Notes: generated by a model from the letters alone, not told the origin. A stretch of 44,947 nt of DNA from an uncultured delta proteobacterium (GCA_963731595.1 CAVSWE010000003.1:1-44947); one strand, 5' to 3'. Numbered from the stretch's first letter, positions 1 through 10,557 are shown. Numbers and translations: made by a program.

Positions 1-303
1 GACTGATTTTCCATCATCAAATACGCGCTGAACGGCGCGCCTGAACGCCGTCGGCTCCCAATTGGCTCCTAATCGCCGTCGATGTGCGTCCGTCTAGGCG
101 AAGATGGTCAGGAACATTGACCTCTTGGGGCAGTCCCCCTTGCAAAGAATGAGTCAACGTCGGGTCGTCGTCTCCTTGACCATCTATGACTTCCGCGACC
201 TCCGCTCCGCAACAAAGTCTGGGCTCGCTGAGCTTGGGTGTTAGGATTAGGCCCGAGCTTTCGGCGCACACCGCCCAGGGGCCTAAGAATGGAGCGCCAC
301 GCC

Positions 304-1151
304 CTACCAGCGCCGACTCTCGATAATCCGTCGCTGGTCCGGAGTGACGCTAAGGGCTCCGCGAGCGAGCTCGCTACGGAGCGGCTCCTTCAATCCGAGC
401 GAGCTGCGCTTGTCTCGCGCGATCTCAAGAGCCTGCCGCAACGAGTCCTCGTCTCTCGCCGCGCTGAGAAATTCCTGTAGCGGCCAGTCGGGTCGAGCGA
501 AGCGGTCAACGAGTCCGAGGCTCGACGTTCGCATCGGTCCCACTGGCGGTACCAGTACAGCGACGGCAGGTCGTGGCTGATCCATCGCCAGACGTCGTAA
601 GGAAGGTCGTCGCGAGGCGACGCCGCAGCTCGATAGACGTCGGGGTACGACAGGGCGATGAGCGGTGCACCTTCGGCCGTCGGAGTTCGGAACCCGATCG
701 CGAGACGAAACCCGCGCACCGAATTCGAACTCCCGGCGACATTTCGGAAAGCCGACGGAGGCAGCCGCAAGCCATGAGTGCGGCGGGAACGAAGCCACGG
801 CCTCGCCATGCGGATCAAGATGCGCGATCGCGAAGGCGAGACGAGCGGAAGACGGTGGCGAGCGGCGAAGCCAGCCGTCGACGACGCGCGGTCGCGTCTC
901 ACGGTGTCGTCCCATCCTGTGCCAAGCGGCTCGGAAAGGAGGTCCTCGCTCTGATCGACTGCGTCGAGCACCGCCTGCGCCGCATCGCTCCCAGGGCGCG
1001 CGCGACATCGCCAGCGATGTCTTTTGCGCCGGCGGAGAGCATCGCTCCGACGCTGCCGCGCAGGTCCGCTGGGCCCTTTCTCGCGCCAGAGATCGAGGAA
1101 TTCTCGCTGTCTGTCGAGCGGCACTCGCCAGAGGGCGGGAGAGGTAGCCAA
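304..1151 (-). CDS. hypothetical protein, multiply frameshifted; C-terminal part ...VDRFARPDWPLQEFLSAARDEDSLRQALEIARDK... looks like real coding sequence
   Basis: Minus-strand ORF pieces 390..1151 and 304..1209 join into one protein-like reading with frame changes. Arg-rich stretches mark the wrong-frame parts. Confidence 0.25.
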
Positions 1152-1561
1152 CGCGGGCTGCGATCGACGAGGACAATGAGAAGCCCTCGGTGCCGGCCCT
1201 CGAGTTCAAGCGCGGCCGCGGGCCGACGGCATCGCAGCGGTCCCCGAGGATGCCCTCGCCAGCTCGTTCAGGGGCTGATCAGCGATGAGCGCTTGAAGTA
1301 GGTTCGTCGCGTTGTTGCTGTCCGAGGCCCAGAGGGTCCGGGCTTGATCCGGCAGCTTCAACTCGGGGTCGGTGAATGCCCTGAGTACGGGGTCCGCGCG
1401 ATTGAAGAAGGAGCCGTGCGGTGGTCACTGCGGCGGAACGGAACCGCGCCTCTGGCCCGAGAGGTCGAGCTTTAGGCGTCCGCAGTCGTCGCTGGCTTCG
1501 GAAGGATTCACCGACGAGCTCGATCACACGCGATGCGACGACTTCTCGCGCGCCCTCTCCG

Positions 1562-1705
1562 TTAGAGCAGGTCGAACGCCTCCGCGAGTGGCTTCCAGGA
1601 CTCCCGCGGCATCACCGAGTCGGCGCCGTACACCCAGAGAAAGTCTCGAAGGCACCGAGGCCACCGCGCAAATCGGCGACGCCGGCGCGCACCCACGGGG
1701 CCATC
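1562..1705 (-). CDS. small hypothetical protein (MAPWVRAGVADLRGGLGAFETF...VYGADSVMPRESWKPLAEAFDLL), one frameshift
   Basis: ATG at 1705 (minus) just downstream of the gene ending at 1760. A protein-like reading is obtained by joining two frames. Confidence 0.25.
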   Translation of the reverse strand, partial: DGPVGARRRRRFARWPRCLRDFLWVYGADSVMPRESWKPLAEAFDLL

Positions 1706-1759
1706 GGCGCGTAGTGTCCAAGTTCCCAACGATCGTGCCGACGGGAGCGCGCTGAAGCC

Positions 1760-2404
1760 TCAATCGGACGCCAGCGGAACCACCAGCAGATCGAAAGCGC
1801 TGCCGTCTTGTTCGCGCGCGGCGAGCGCCCCAGAGCAGAACCGAAAGCCCCTTCGGAGGCGCGGCCATTGCTGCGACCAAATCGCCATAACCAGGTTCTC
1901 AAACGGTCCCGAGTTCTCGGCGAATAGCACCGCCGTGGACTCAGGTGCGTCGTACAGAGCCTCGAGTAGACCCGCTGCAACGTCCATCGGGAACGATTGC
2001 GGTTGCTCACCGCCGCCGCGGGCGCTGAGCGCAAGCGCCGGGAGTTGGCTTCGTCCGTAGGCCTCTTCGCGGGTCGGCCGACGAAATAGTCCTTGAGGCG
2101 CGATCGAGCCGGCAGGCGTGCCAGGTCGCGAATTGTATCAACAGCGAGTGCGTCCACACGCAGCCTGGACGCTCCATCTCCGGCGCGTACCAGGTGCGCG
2201 CGAGCACGTAGGAACCGACCGCTTCGAGTGGATAGCCGCTCGCGTACTCTCGAATCCTGCGGCGAGCCTCGGACCTGAGAGGTCGCTTTGCACGAGCAGC
2301 GTGCGCTGAACGTCCGCAGCGAGCCTGACGGACGACTGCAACAGCTCATGACCGGAGCGGTACCCGTGCACCGTCTGATGCAGGACAATATTCGGCTCGG
2401 TCAT
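1760..2404 (-). CDS. unknown-function protein, third gene of the GTPase module (MTEPNIVLHQTVHGYRSGHELLQSS...AENSGPFENLVMAIWSQQWPRL...), 2 frameshifts
   Basis: ORF pieces 2138..2404, 2007..2207 and 1760..1987 are all on the minus strand. The start ATG overlaps the upstream stop (ATGA) at 2401-2404. Confidence 0.5.
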
Positions 2405-3281
2405 CCCCAGGCCCCGAGCCGCTGCACCGGGAGGGTGACGTCGTGTGACGTTGACAGGTCATCCACAACCTCCAGACGCTGCGATGCGTGCGTGAGGGCG
2501 CGGAGACGTTCCGCATCCCGGGGTAGCTCGCCACCCTGAGCGCTGATGCCATAGTGCCTGGCCAGTATCCTCTGCGGATTCGACACGAGAAACTGCCCGA
2601 GGAGAGGGAGACGTTCCGCACACCAGTCGCGCGGCGTCTGCCCGCGCCGCGAACGAGGTCCCACGCGGAAACGACGACCGCCAAGTTCAGCACCCGTCCC
2701 GCTCGACGCCAGATGAGGAACTGCAGGAGGTCGACGAGTTGCACCTGCGTTGGCGCTGACGCCGCGTTCCAGATCGTCGGCGTGGGTTCAGCGACGATCT
2801 GCGCTACCGTGGGCGCATACGCGCCACCATCATTGCGAACCCGCCGGATGTGGTCGGCCTGCGCGTTTACGGTATCGATCCTGATCGGCTCGTTGATCTC
2901 GTTCGGATGAACGAAGATGAGCGCGCCGTCCGCTGCGAGAACCAGTTCGTCGAACCCCTTGGTCCAGCGACGGTTGACCCACTGGTCGTTGAACGTCTCG
3001 CCGGCTATGTCGGGCAGAAGCAACTCTGACGTGCCCTGGCTGGCGCGATCCTCAAGGAGCATGCGCACGATGGTCTCGTCTGCCGGCAGCGTCTTGCCCA
3101 CCGGTTCGCACCGCAGCCACGCCTCTCGCAGGCGGTTCAAGTAAGCCCGGTCCCCTGTGAGTTGCTTTACCCGGAGCGCTGAAGGGACGTCCTCCGATTC
3201 GACGATATGCCAGAAGGCGGCGATGAATGTCGTTTTCCCGGACTCTGGAAGTCCAATGACTAGGTTCCGGCGAACGCTCAT
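2401..3281 (-). CDS. Ras-like/TRAFAC small GTPase B (Walker A GLPESGKTT, G3 DIAGET, G4-like SAWD), C-terminal frameshift
   Basis: Middle of ORF 2346..3548 plus C-terminal piece 2401..2664. Motifs were read directly. The start ATG (3279-3281) overlaps the upstream TGA. Confidence 0.6.
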
Positions 3282-4296
3282 GGCCGCGTTCCCCCAAGGT
3301 GATCGAACTCTCGCTCGGATGAAATGACGTTGAGCGGCGGCGGCGGTGCGAGTCCGGCTGCGTCCATCCAGGCGCCGAGGAGGTCGTTCAGACCGTACGC
3401 GAAGTCGAGCTCGGAGTTTGTCGGCCGCGCTGCGACGTGTGCAAAGTGAACGTGCGGCAACTTCGAAGCGAACGTTGTAACGAAGCTCTCTTCTAGTTCG
3501 GCGACGCGGGTCTGAGCGCGCCCGCCAGACCGCACGATGAGGTCCCACTTGGTCGTCAGCAGGGTCACGTGCGTGTGACCTCGGAGGACGTCAGCATCCA
3601 GCAGGCTGCGAACAACGCCACGCGCATGCGCGTACGTCTCAGCGTGATTGTTGTCGGCTAGCTTCGCCCCGTTGAGCATCACGACGAGGTGGTCCGCGCG
3701 TCGCAAGAACTCGTATTTCGCGCACTCGTCCGACGAGTCCCTGACCGCGTCATAGAGCTCACCGGACATGTCGCCGAGGAGTAGGTTGGTGCGCGAGGAC
3801 ACATTCCAATCGAAGAGTGCCAAGTGCAAGAATCGGAACCCCTCGCCAGGCTTAGTGCGTTCAGTGTCCGGGATCTCGCGCCCCGACGTCATTCTGGCGT
3901 CGTGGCAGCGCTCTTCGAACGCGGGTAGGGTTTTCGACCCTGCGAACGCAAAGCGCCCGACCACTCCTTCCTGGAATCGCTCGTACAGGCTTGCGATGAG
4001 GGTCGTCTTGCCGCTGCGCTGCTCACCGGCAAGTATTCGACGCGAGCCAGACCCTCGCGGGCGACCTCGTACACCGTTGAGGGATCAAACGCTGTTCCCG
4101 CCGGGAGTTCGACGTCATCCGGCGCTCTCGCCGGTTTCTTGGGCGTCGACGCTTGCGCGGAAGCTGGCGGGACCGCCGGGGGCGCGGGCGCGGCCGCGCC
4201 CTCCGCGAGATAATGCGGGCAGCCCGAAGGCGGCACGAAGTTTTCGAGGCAGGACCCTCCCCCGCCTGTGCGAGCGGGCACCCACGCTGCTTGCAT
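3278..4296 (-). CDS. Ras-like/TRAFAC small GTPase A (Walker A GEQRSGKTT, G3 DMSGEL, G4 TKWD), N-terminal frameshift
   Basis: ORF 3278..3964 carries the G3 and G4 motifs. Walker A lies in the same frame upstream, with no in-frame start. The N-terminus comes from ORF 3889..4296 through a +/-1 shift near 4030. Paralogous to GTPase B. Confidence 0.55.
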
Positions 4297-4309
4297 GACG
4301 GGGGCATCT

Positions 4310-5446
4310 CTAGGCCTTGTTGGTCTTGACCACGCGGGTGAACACGCTCTCGAGGTAAGCCTGCATTGCAGACGTCACAGGCGCGTGGGAAGCATCCGGA
4401 AGGGCTGTTGACTTGGTGAACACCGAGATCCAGTCCTTTGCGTCCTCGGTCGCTAGGGAGTTCTGAACAGCCGTTAGAAGGGGCGTCAGCTCTCGCGCTG
4501 CTCCAGGAGGGCACGCGCGGAGCCACTTCGTGCGCCAGTCACGCGGCGCCGCATTCACCGCGTCGCTGAGCTGGATGGTGGTTGGGGCCTCGCCGCTGCC
4601 CGTGTGCGATTTGGCGGTTGCGGCCCCGGTGACTACGTCGCGAAGGAGGCGATCAAGAAGCGCTGGCGCTGCGCGAGGCCCCGGAACGAGCTGCGTCAGG
4701 TCGGAGAGTTCCTTCGGAGCAACCAGGCAGGTGGCAGGCAGCCCTAGAGCGCTGAACGGTTGACCCAGGTCGCGGCTGTAGCCCGAAAAGACCCACCAAA
4801 ACATGTTAGACTCCTCGCGGAGCGCATCGAGTTCGCCGTAAACATGCGCCGCATGGTCCCGAAGCAGCGTCCCCAGCGCGGCGGTTGCGGCGGCCACCAG
4901 CGCGACGATTGGCTCGGTAGTCTGTTTGTGGTCCGGACTGTTCGTCATCGCCGTTCGGAAGGCTCCGAGAGGATCGTTCTCCTTCAGCTCGATCGGGGCC
5001 GGAACGTCGGGCCGCTGACCGGCAGCACGGACACGAACAGCCTCGTTGGAGAGGTACTGTCTCGCGTAGGCGGCGAACTCGCGAGCGATTCTGTCGCCGT
5101 GGGTCTCCTGAAAGGAAGAGGTAAGGAGGCCCAGGCCGACCAAATCGGCCCGCTGACTCGGGGTCTCCAAGATGCAGACGCTCGTCGCACCCGCCAAGAT
5201 GCGAAGCTCGGCATCATTGTCTCGAGCGGAAAACGTAGTATCCGCGCCCTTTGCCGCTTCCGTAACGGTCATCCGGATCAGGCGTCCGCCGGGCAAGTCC
5301 CGCGGATGAGCCGCACGAGATCCTGGAGCACCGATCCTTTTTCCCATTTGCCCATCGCCTCTACGGCCGTCCACCGCTTCGCGAGCATCTCGCTCGTCGG
5401 CTTGATGGCTGCAACCTGGTACCAGTCCGCGGAAAGATTTGTGCAT
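4310..5446 (-). CDS. alpha-helical protein of unknown function (MTVTEAAKGADTTF...FTRVVKTNKA); N-terminal ~60 codons are frame-ambiguous
   Basis: ORF 4310..5446. A protein-like reading starts at MTVTE (5272). An alternative frame gives ...ADWYQVAAIKPTSEMLAKRWTAVEAMGKWEKGSVLQDLVRLIRGTCPADA upstream. It begins 18 nt after the phosphoesterase stop. Confidence 0.5.
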   Translation of the reverse strand: MHKSFRGLVPGCSHQADERDAREAVDGRRGDGQMGKRIGAPGSRAAHPRDLPGGRLIRMTVTEAAKGADTTFSARDNDAELRILAGATSVCILETPSQRADLVGLGLLTSSFQETHGDRIAREFAAYARQYLSNEAVRVRAAGQRPDVPAPIELKENDPLGAFRTAMTNSPDHKQTTEPIVALVAAATAALGTLLRDHAAHVYGELDALREESNMFWWVFSGYSRDLGQPFSALGLPATCLVAPKELSDLTQLVPGPRAAPALLDRLLRDVVTGAATAKSHTGSGEAPTTIQLSDAVNAAPRDWRTKWLRACPPGAARELTPLLTAVQNSLATEDAKDWISVFTKSTALPDASHAPVTSAMQAYLESVFTRVVKTNKA

Positions 5447-5464
5447 GGCGGGTCTCGTCAGAGT

Positions 5465-6779
5465 TCAGGCGTAAGGGTTTGGTTCAGGGGCGGGGAGCGA
5501 GTGACGGCCCTCGACCTCCATCCAGAGACGCGGCAGAAGGCCGCGCTCGGCGGCGCGCTTGAAGATGCGTTGAAAGAGGACTCGATCGGGCACGCCCTTG
5601 TCGTCGTCCTGCAGGAGATCCATGGTGTTCGCGAGCTCTACCCGAACGTGAAACGGCAGCGTCAAGAACCGGTAGGTGAGCCTTCGATCTGGGTTCATGG
5701 CTGGCACTCGTGGCGTGTGAGATGTCTCGGGGTTTGGCATTGGACCTGCGCTGCCGCTTGGACCAATAGCAGGCTCCGTCGACGCCAGCGTCGCGGGAGG
5801 GTGCCAGGGATCGAGAGGTAGCGGGATTGTCCGCCCGGCGAGGGGTTCGACGGTATCCGCCCGAAAACGACGGGACGCATCGTGCCAGACGCGTGCGTGA
5901 ACCGTCGTGTCGAGGAAGCGCTGAGTGCCTTCCGTTCGAACCGCGCAGCAGATGACATTGTAACGCGGCTCCCACCGCCTCTCCGCTCGGTCAGGATGAA
6001 CGGCGCCCGCAGTTACGCGCAGCGCGTCGTTCAGCCGCTGGAGTCGCTGCGCGTGCTTGTGCCCGAAGAGTTGAACGGTCGCGCGCGCGTTCAGCAGGTC
6101 CTCCACAGCATCGTGGTCGACGAGCCAGTCCGGCGGATGATGGCAGAGGGACACGTAAGTAACGCCCGGCTCTCGCGGAAGCGCGTGCGAGACGTCTCCG
6201 ACGACCAGTTTCTTCGGGTCCTCATCGTCAAGACGCGACGACACCAGCGCGGAGTTGAATCCGCATAGCCGGAGGCGGGAGCCATCGTTCAACGGCAGGT
6301 CGGCATGCCAGGCGAGACGCTCCGGCCCGACCTCGCATGCGTACTTCGCGGCAAAATCGTTATACGCCGCAACCGGTTCGAACAACGCGTTCGCGCCGAT
6401 TGAATCGCGTTGAATCCGTTCCGAGCTTCGCTACGTCGGCACGAAGGCGTTCGTGCAGAGCCTGGACCGTCTCGCTGCGGTCGATGACCGTGCGGTCAAC
6501 GTCGTGGTTTCCCGGGACGGTCCACACCGCCGCGCCAGGGCACTCGAGAACGCCGCAGATGCGCGCCAGCCAGGCTATTGCAGCCTCGTATTCCTTCGCG
6601 TCTCCCGCGAATGCGATGTCCCCCGTCACGATCACCCCCGTCGCGACGCCTACCTCATGACGCATAACCCCCAGGTCGAGTTCCAACTCGTTTCGCACGT
6701 CCTGGTCGACATCGTACCCGCCATCAATTCGGCGTCTCTGGAAGTGAATGTCCGAGAGATGAACGAGTACAAGCGCCAT
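5465..6779 (-). CDS. calcineurin-like metallophosphoesterase with C-terminal extension; one frameshift near 6380
   Basis: N-terminal piece (ORF 6360..6842) has SDIHF (DxH), GDIAFAGD and VPGNHD. C-terminal piece (ORF 5465..6385) has GHKHAQ. An SD-like GAGGA lies 7 nt before the ATG at 6779. Confidence 0.65.
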
Positions 6780-7054
6780 GATGGGTCCTCGGGGACTGGA
6801 CGTCGTAGTGTACTCCAACTCGAGCGCGCCGGGATCGGCCATCAGCTGGGCGATTCCGGCGGTCGCAACTCGATCAGCAATCGTACGACGCGTGATTGTT
6901 GATCATCGGCGCCGCTTGGGCGCCATTGGCACCACCATGGTGCGTGCAGAATCTCCGCGGTTCGAGGCGGGTGCCGATCTCGTCGAAGACGATGAGCTGC
7001 CCGTGCCCCATAGACCCCGTACGGGATCGCCTTCCCCTGCGTCGTCACTCGTCG

Positions 7055-7780
7055 TCACTGCGTCGCGACGTACGTCACCTTGCACTTCTCGACTTCGATG
7101 CACTCGTAGAAGAGCGAGACATCAATGGTCGCCGGCGCGCTTGATGAAAAAAACGTCTCAAGTCGGGGACGATTACCCGGCGTCAGCATTGCGAACCAAT
7201 CCGAAGGAGGCTCCTCGATTCCGTGTCGCGTGTGCGGGACACTGCGTGCGTCGTAGAGCAGCGTCGTCGAACGAGGGTCCGGTGGCACCGGCAAGCTTTC
7301 GGAGGTCAAGAGATGCCCACCTTTGTTCTGGAGCGTGAGCCAGACTTGCTCCCAGCGAGCGAGAGGGCGCGAGACGTGAATGAGGAAGAACGCACGCTTC
7401 AGCTCGCCTTGGACCTCCAGGGCGCCGTGACGGTACTCGTTCGGGCGCGCTCCTGCGTCCGTCTGCACGACGTAGCTGAGAAAGTTCGTGACTACCGGAA
7501 CCTTGACCATGTTCGGGAGGTCACGAAATGCAGCGTAGTCTGGCACGGTGACCGCCGCGTCCGGCTTCGCCATCGCGTGCACGACCTGATCCGCGATGGC
7601 CTTTCGATCTGCCGACGAGAGCGTCGCCACCGCTTGTGGGCGCGGCGGTGGCTTCGGCTCAACCGCGATGATCGATGCGAAGACTCCAGCGATACTCGCG
7701 ACGACGACGAGCGCGAAGTTGTCGGCTAAGAACCGCTGCCACCGCGAAGGCTGACGTCGCACTTCATTCGCCGGAGCCAT
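7055..7780 (-). CDS. membrane-anchored hypothetical protein (single N-terminal TM helix)
   Basis: ORF 7055..7780 with non-Arg-rich composition. Hydrophobic segment FALVVVASIAGVFASIIAV near the N-terminus. Confidence 0.5.
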   Translation of the reverse strand: MAPANEVRRQPSRWQRFLADNFALVVVASIAGVFASIIAVEPKPPPRPQAVATLSSADRKAIADQVVHAMAKPDAAVTVPDYAAFRDLPNMVKVPVVTNFLSYVVQTDAGARPNEYRHGALEVQGELKRAFFLIHVSRPLARWEQVWLTLQNKGGHLLTSESLPVPPDPRSTTLLYDARSVPHTRHGIEEPPSDWFAMLTPGNRPRLETFFSSSAPATIDVSLFYECIEVEKCKVTYVATQ

Positions 7781-8300
7781 CGCGTCCTTTCGTCGGCGAT
7801 CGGTCCGATGGTGCTGCAGCGGTGGGAGTTTCGACGCCCGGAAGGTCGATCGGCGCTGCAGCCGTAGCGCTCAAAGAATCCCTCGGTGCTGCGACGGTCG
7901 TAGCCGCCGAAATGATGTTGCTCCATCCGGCTATTCCAACGCCGATGAGGAGCGAGAACACGCCAGCGAGCACGACCCTGATGCTTCGTTCCGTGACCCC
8001 TCGCTTTCTTGTCGGACCCTCAAGGTAAGGATCGATAATGCCGAACACGACGCAAAGCACGCCGGCCTCCTCAAAGAACGCGGCTGCGGCCGTGTTTAGC
8101 TCGTGCGGAAACCAGTGGTACTCAGAGGCGGCGACGGCGGCGGCCATGAGGACGAAGAGTACTCGGCCCAACGGGAAACGCTGCTTCGTTTCCTGCTGCT
8201 GTTCCGTGGACGGGTCAGCCGGTTCGGTCACGGCCGACACAATCGTCGCACTGTGGCAACTTGCCAAGTGTTTCGCGTCGCGGATCATTCTGACTTCCAT
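7764..8300 (-). CDS. integral membrane protein (2-3 TM helices), unknown function
   Basis: C-terminal ~180 aa of ORF 7764..8642 is protein-like (VLFVLMAAAVAASEYHWF..., VVLAGVFSLLIGVGIAGW). Start taken at MEVRMIRD (8300). The upstream part of the ORF is Arg-rich and spurious. Confidence 0.4.
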   Translation of the reverse strand: MEVRMIRDAKHLASCHSATIVSAVTEPADPSTEQQQETKQRFPLGRVLFVLMAAAVAASEYHWFPHELNTAAAAFFEEAGVLCVVFGIIDPYLEGPTRKRGVTERSIRVVLAGVFSLLIGVGIAGWSNIISAATTVAAPRDSLSATAAAPIDLPGVETPTAAAPSDRSPTKGRDGSGE

Positions 8301-8559
8301 GATCTCGGTCACTTTGGGCCCACCCAAGCTGAGAGCATCGGAGCCATCAAAGAGTTCAAGGCGGAGCGACCTCGACGAGACGGCGCGCAAGATGGGCGTG
8401 GCGCTCAATACCGTGCAGCGGTGGCGGGCGAAGTTCGGCGGGATGACCGTGAGCGAGGCCCAGGAGAAGCGGCGGCTCAAGGACGAGGAATTTCGCCAAC
8501 GGTTCTTGCGCATCGCGGGGCGCCTCAAGGGAGGGCGGCCGAAGGTTACGGCGGAATGA
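8299..8559 (+). CDS. small HTH DNA-binding protein (..LDETARKMGVALNTVQRWRAKFGG..)
   Basis: C-terminal third of ORF 8038..8559. HTH-like helix pair. Its stop overlaps the next start (ATGA at 8556-8559). Confidence 0.35.
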   Translation: MISVTLGPPKLRASEPSKSSRRSDLDETARKMGVALNTVQRWRAKFGGMTVSEAQEKRRLKDEEFRQRFLRIAGRLKGGRPKVTAE

Positions 8560-8840
8560 GCGGTCGTCGCTCGACGACGGACATTCGCGCGTGGGCGCCC
8601 ATCGCGCGCGCGCTTCACTTCGAAGAGTCCACGCTCCAGCACGCCAGCCGCGATCGCATCGTGAGCGCCACCCTCGCTTTCCGCGTCGCCCGTCTCGCGA
8701 AGGTGAGCGTGGACGACCTGCTCGCTGGGAAATTCCCGTCACCCGGGACGTGCCCACGATGCGGGTACAACCCGCGCGAGCGCGCCACGATCACGTACGC
8801 CCCGCGGATGTCGCAGAAGCCGCCCAGGCCACCGACGTGA
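8556..8840 (+). CDS. small HTH plus zinc-ribbon protein (RIVSATLAFRVARLAKVSVDDLLAG...CPRCGYNP)
   Basis: Last 95 codons of ORF 8103..8840 starting at MSGRRSTT. Translationally coupled to the previous gene. Confidence 0.4.
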   Translation: MSGRRSTTDIRAWAPIARALHFEESTLQHASRDRIVSATLAFRVARLAKVSVDDLLAGKFPSPGTCPRCGYNPRERATITYAPRMSQKPPRPPT

Positions 8841-8898
8841 CTGACGGGCGCAGTTGCGCGCGTCTGCGCCTCTCTGGCAGCAATAGCGTTTGGCCGAA

Positions 8899-8966
8899 CA
8901 CGTTGACATGCGATATTTCATAACTTCCTGCCGCTTCTCCAATTCCAAAACACACGTTGATGTGCG
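8899..8966. repeat. imperfect direct repeat CACGTTGA(C/T)(A/G)TGCG x2 (8899-8912, 8953-8966) in the lower-GC spacer 3-prime of integrase 1
   Basis: Read directly. Candidate att core or arm-type site. Confidence 0.3.
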
Positions 8967-9006
8967 CGCTTGGGCGCGACTACATACATCTGTGCGGTTC
9001 GGGACT

Positions 9007-10083
9007 TCACGAGAGAATCGCCTCGTCTTTCGGGTGCCTAATGTCCAGCAGCTTCACTGCATCTCTGGGCACGTGCGGCGCGAGGTGCGCGTAGCGCTGC
9101 GTCATCGCGAACGAAGCGTGGCCGAGCAACTCCTGGATCGTGCGCATCGGGACGCCGCGCATCGCGAGGTGCGACGCGAAGGTGTGGCGGAGCACGTGCC
9201 AGTAAACGACGCGGCCGAGCTTGGCGTTTGCACTCGCCCGTCGACACGGGTGCTTGCACTCGTGCTCGAGCAGCATGTTGCCCGTCGCGTCGCAGAAAAC
9301 GAACGCGCCTCGTTGATGGTGGTGCGCCTTGAGCGCGTTACGCGCGTCATCGCTCAGGGGGACGTCGCGGAAGCGGTTGTTCTTGGGTGCCTTCAACTTG
9401 CCGTTGATCGTCGCGTTCTGGCGGACGTGGATCACTCCCCTTTCGACGTCCACGTCGGTCCATCGCAGCGCGCGTAGCTCGCCGATGCGAAGCCCCGTCC
9501 GGATCGCGACGGTGAACATACCTCGCCACGCGGCGTCCGACATCGCGATGAATCGCTCGGCCTCCTCGAACGTGAGAAAGTCGACGACCTGCGGCGGAAT
9601 GCGCGGCATCTTCACCGTCGGTACCACCTCGAGCTCGCCGTATTCCTTGGCCAGTGCGAGCGCCTTCCGCAGAACGGACAGGTGGTTCGCGACGGTCTTC
9701 GGGGCCAGCGGCCCCTTCCCGGGCACCACCTTCATCTTCTCGGCCTTGTACGCTTCGACGTCGCGTGCCCCGATGTCGCGCAGGTACATCGGCCCAAAAA
9801 ATTGCAAAAGGTGAACCTCAAGAACCTTTTTCTTTCGGTCGATCTCCGCGGGTGAGTTGTTCGCACGGGCGTAATCGCGGAACTCATTTTTCGCGAACTC
9901 GGCAAACGTCTTCTCGGACTTACCACCCAGACGGTATTCGCGTTCCAGGATTTCGCGCTCGTATGCGGCCGCCGCCTTCCGGGTCTGGATGGGGCTCTTT
10001 CTCCTGATGCGCTTTGGCCGTCGCCCTGGGAGCCGGACGTAGACGTCGACCCACACCTCGCCTCTGAAGTTCGTCACTGCCAT
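9007..10083 (-). CDS. int: tyrosine recombinase / phage-type integrase
   Basis: C-terminal catalytic signature ...HVLRHTFASHLAMRGVPMRTIQELLGHASFAMTQRYAHL. N-terminal arm-binding-like region VTNFRGEVWVDVYV. SD GAAGGG before the ATG at 10083. Confidence 0.9.
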   Translation of the reverse strand: MAVTNFRGEVWVDVYVRLPGRRPKRIRRKSPIQTRKAAAAYEREILEREYRLGGKSEKTFAEFAKNEFRDYARANNSPAEIDRKKKVLEVHLLQFFGPMYLRDIGARDVEAYKAEKMKVVPGKGPLAPKTVANHLSVLRKALALAKEYGELEVVPTVKMPRIPPQVVDFLTFEEAERFIAMSDAAWRGMFTVAIRTGLRIGELRALRWTDVDVERGVIHVRQNATINGKLKAPKNNRFRDVPLSDDARNALKAHHHQRGAFVFCDATGNMLLEHECKHPCRRASANAKLGRVVYWHVLRHTFASHLAMRGVPMRTIQELLGHASFAMTQRYAHLAPHVPRDAVKLLDIRHPKDEAILS

Positions 10084-10282
10084 TGTCGTGCCCTTCATTC
10101 AGCAGAGCCAATACGTCGCTGCGGCGGAACCGGAGCATCCGCGGACCGAGCCGCGTCGGATGCAGCCTCCCAGCCGCAATAAGGTCGTAGAGCTTCGTTC
10201 GCCCGATGTGGAGCAGGTAGCACGCCTCACGCGTCGTCAGGGCGCGGTCTTGCGACAATTCGCTCTCCCGCGGCGCTCTCAT
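10084..10282 (-). CDS. xis: excisionase/AlpA-family HTH protein (3-prime end uncertain, overlaps int start)
   Basis: N-terminus of ORF 9920..10282: LTTREACYLLHIGRTKLYDLIAAGRLHPTRLGPRMLRFRRSDVLALL, the classic excisionase-family HTH. Confidence 0.55.
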
Positions 10283-10329
10283 GTCGAGTCATCCCGCAAT
10301 GTGAACTTTGAAGTCGAGCGAGCCGTGTC

Positions 10330-10557
10330 AACGCGCTGCCAACGCTTCCAAGAGCCCATCATTTTGGCTGACATTGCCGACATATTGATTCCTTATTACT
10401 GCTCGAAGTAATAGAATCGAGATGTCCCAATGCGCTGATAACTCTGCGTTATACAATCACTCCGACCATTTACAGATCTTGCCCTGCTTTCCGCACATAA
10501 CGGCCGCTGGCGCACCATCACGATGTCGGTGGCAACGCGCTGCCAATGGCAGGCTGC
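10330..10557. promoter_or_regulatory. direct repeats CAACGCGCTGCCAA (10330-10343 and 10544-10557) flanking an AT-richer tract with an 8-bp-stem palindrome TTATTACT-GCTCGA-AGTAATAG (10394-10416)
   Basis: Read directly. Lies immediately upstream of the xis-int pair. Candidate arm sites or operator. Confidence 0.3.

Noticed and set aside
3278-4296. Calling the two GTPases dynamin-like because of the TKWD (TKxD) G4 motif
   Set aside because: Each is only about 300-340 aa with no stalk, paddle or GED region. G3 follows the Ras DxxGE pattern, so Ras-like small GTPase is the safer call.
8890-9477. 195-aa plus-strand ORF
   Set aside because: Antisense to the integrase, which has an unambiguous catalytic signature.
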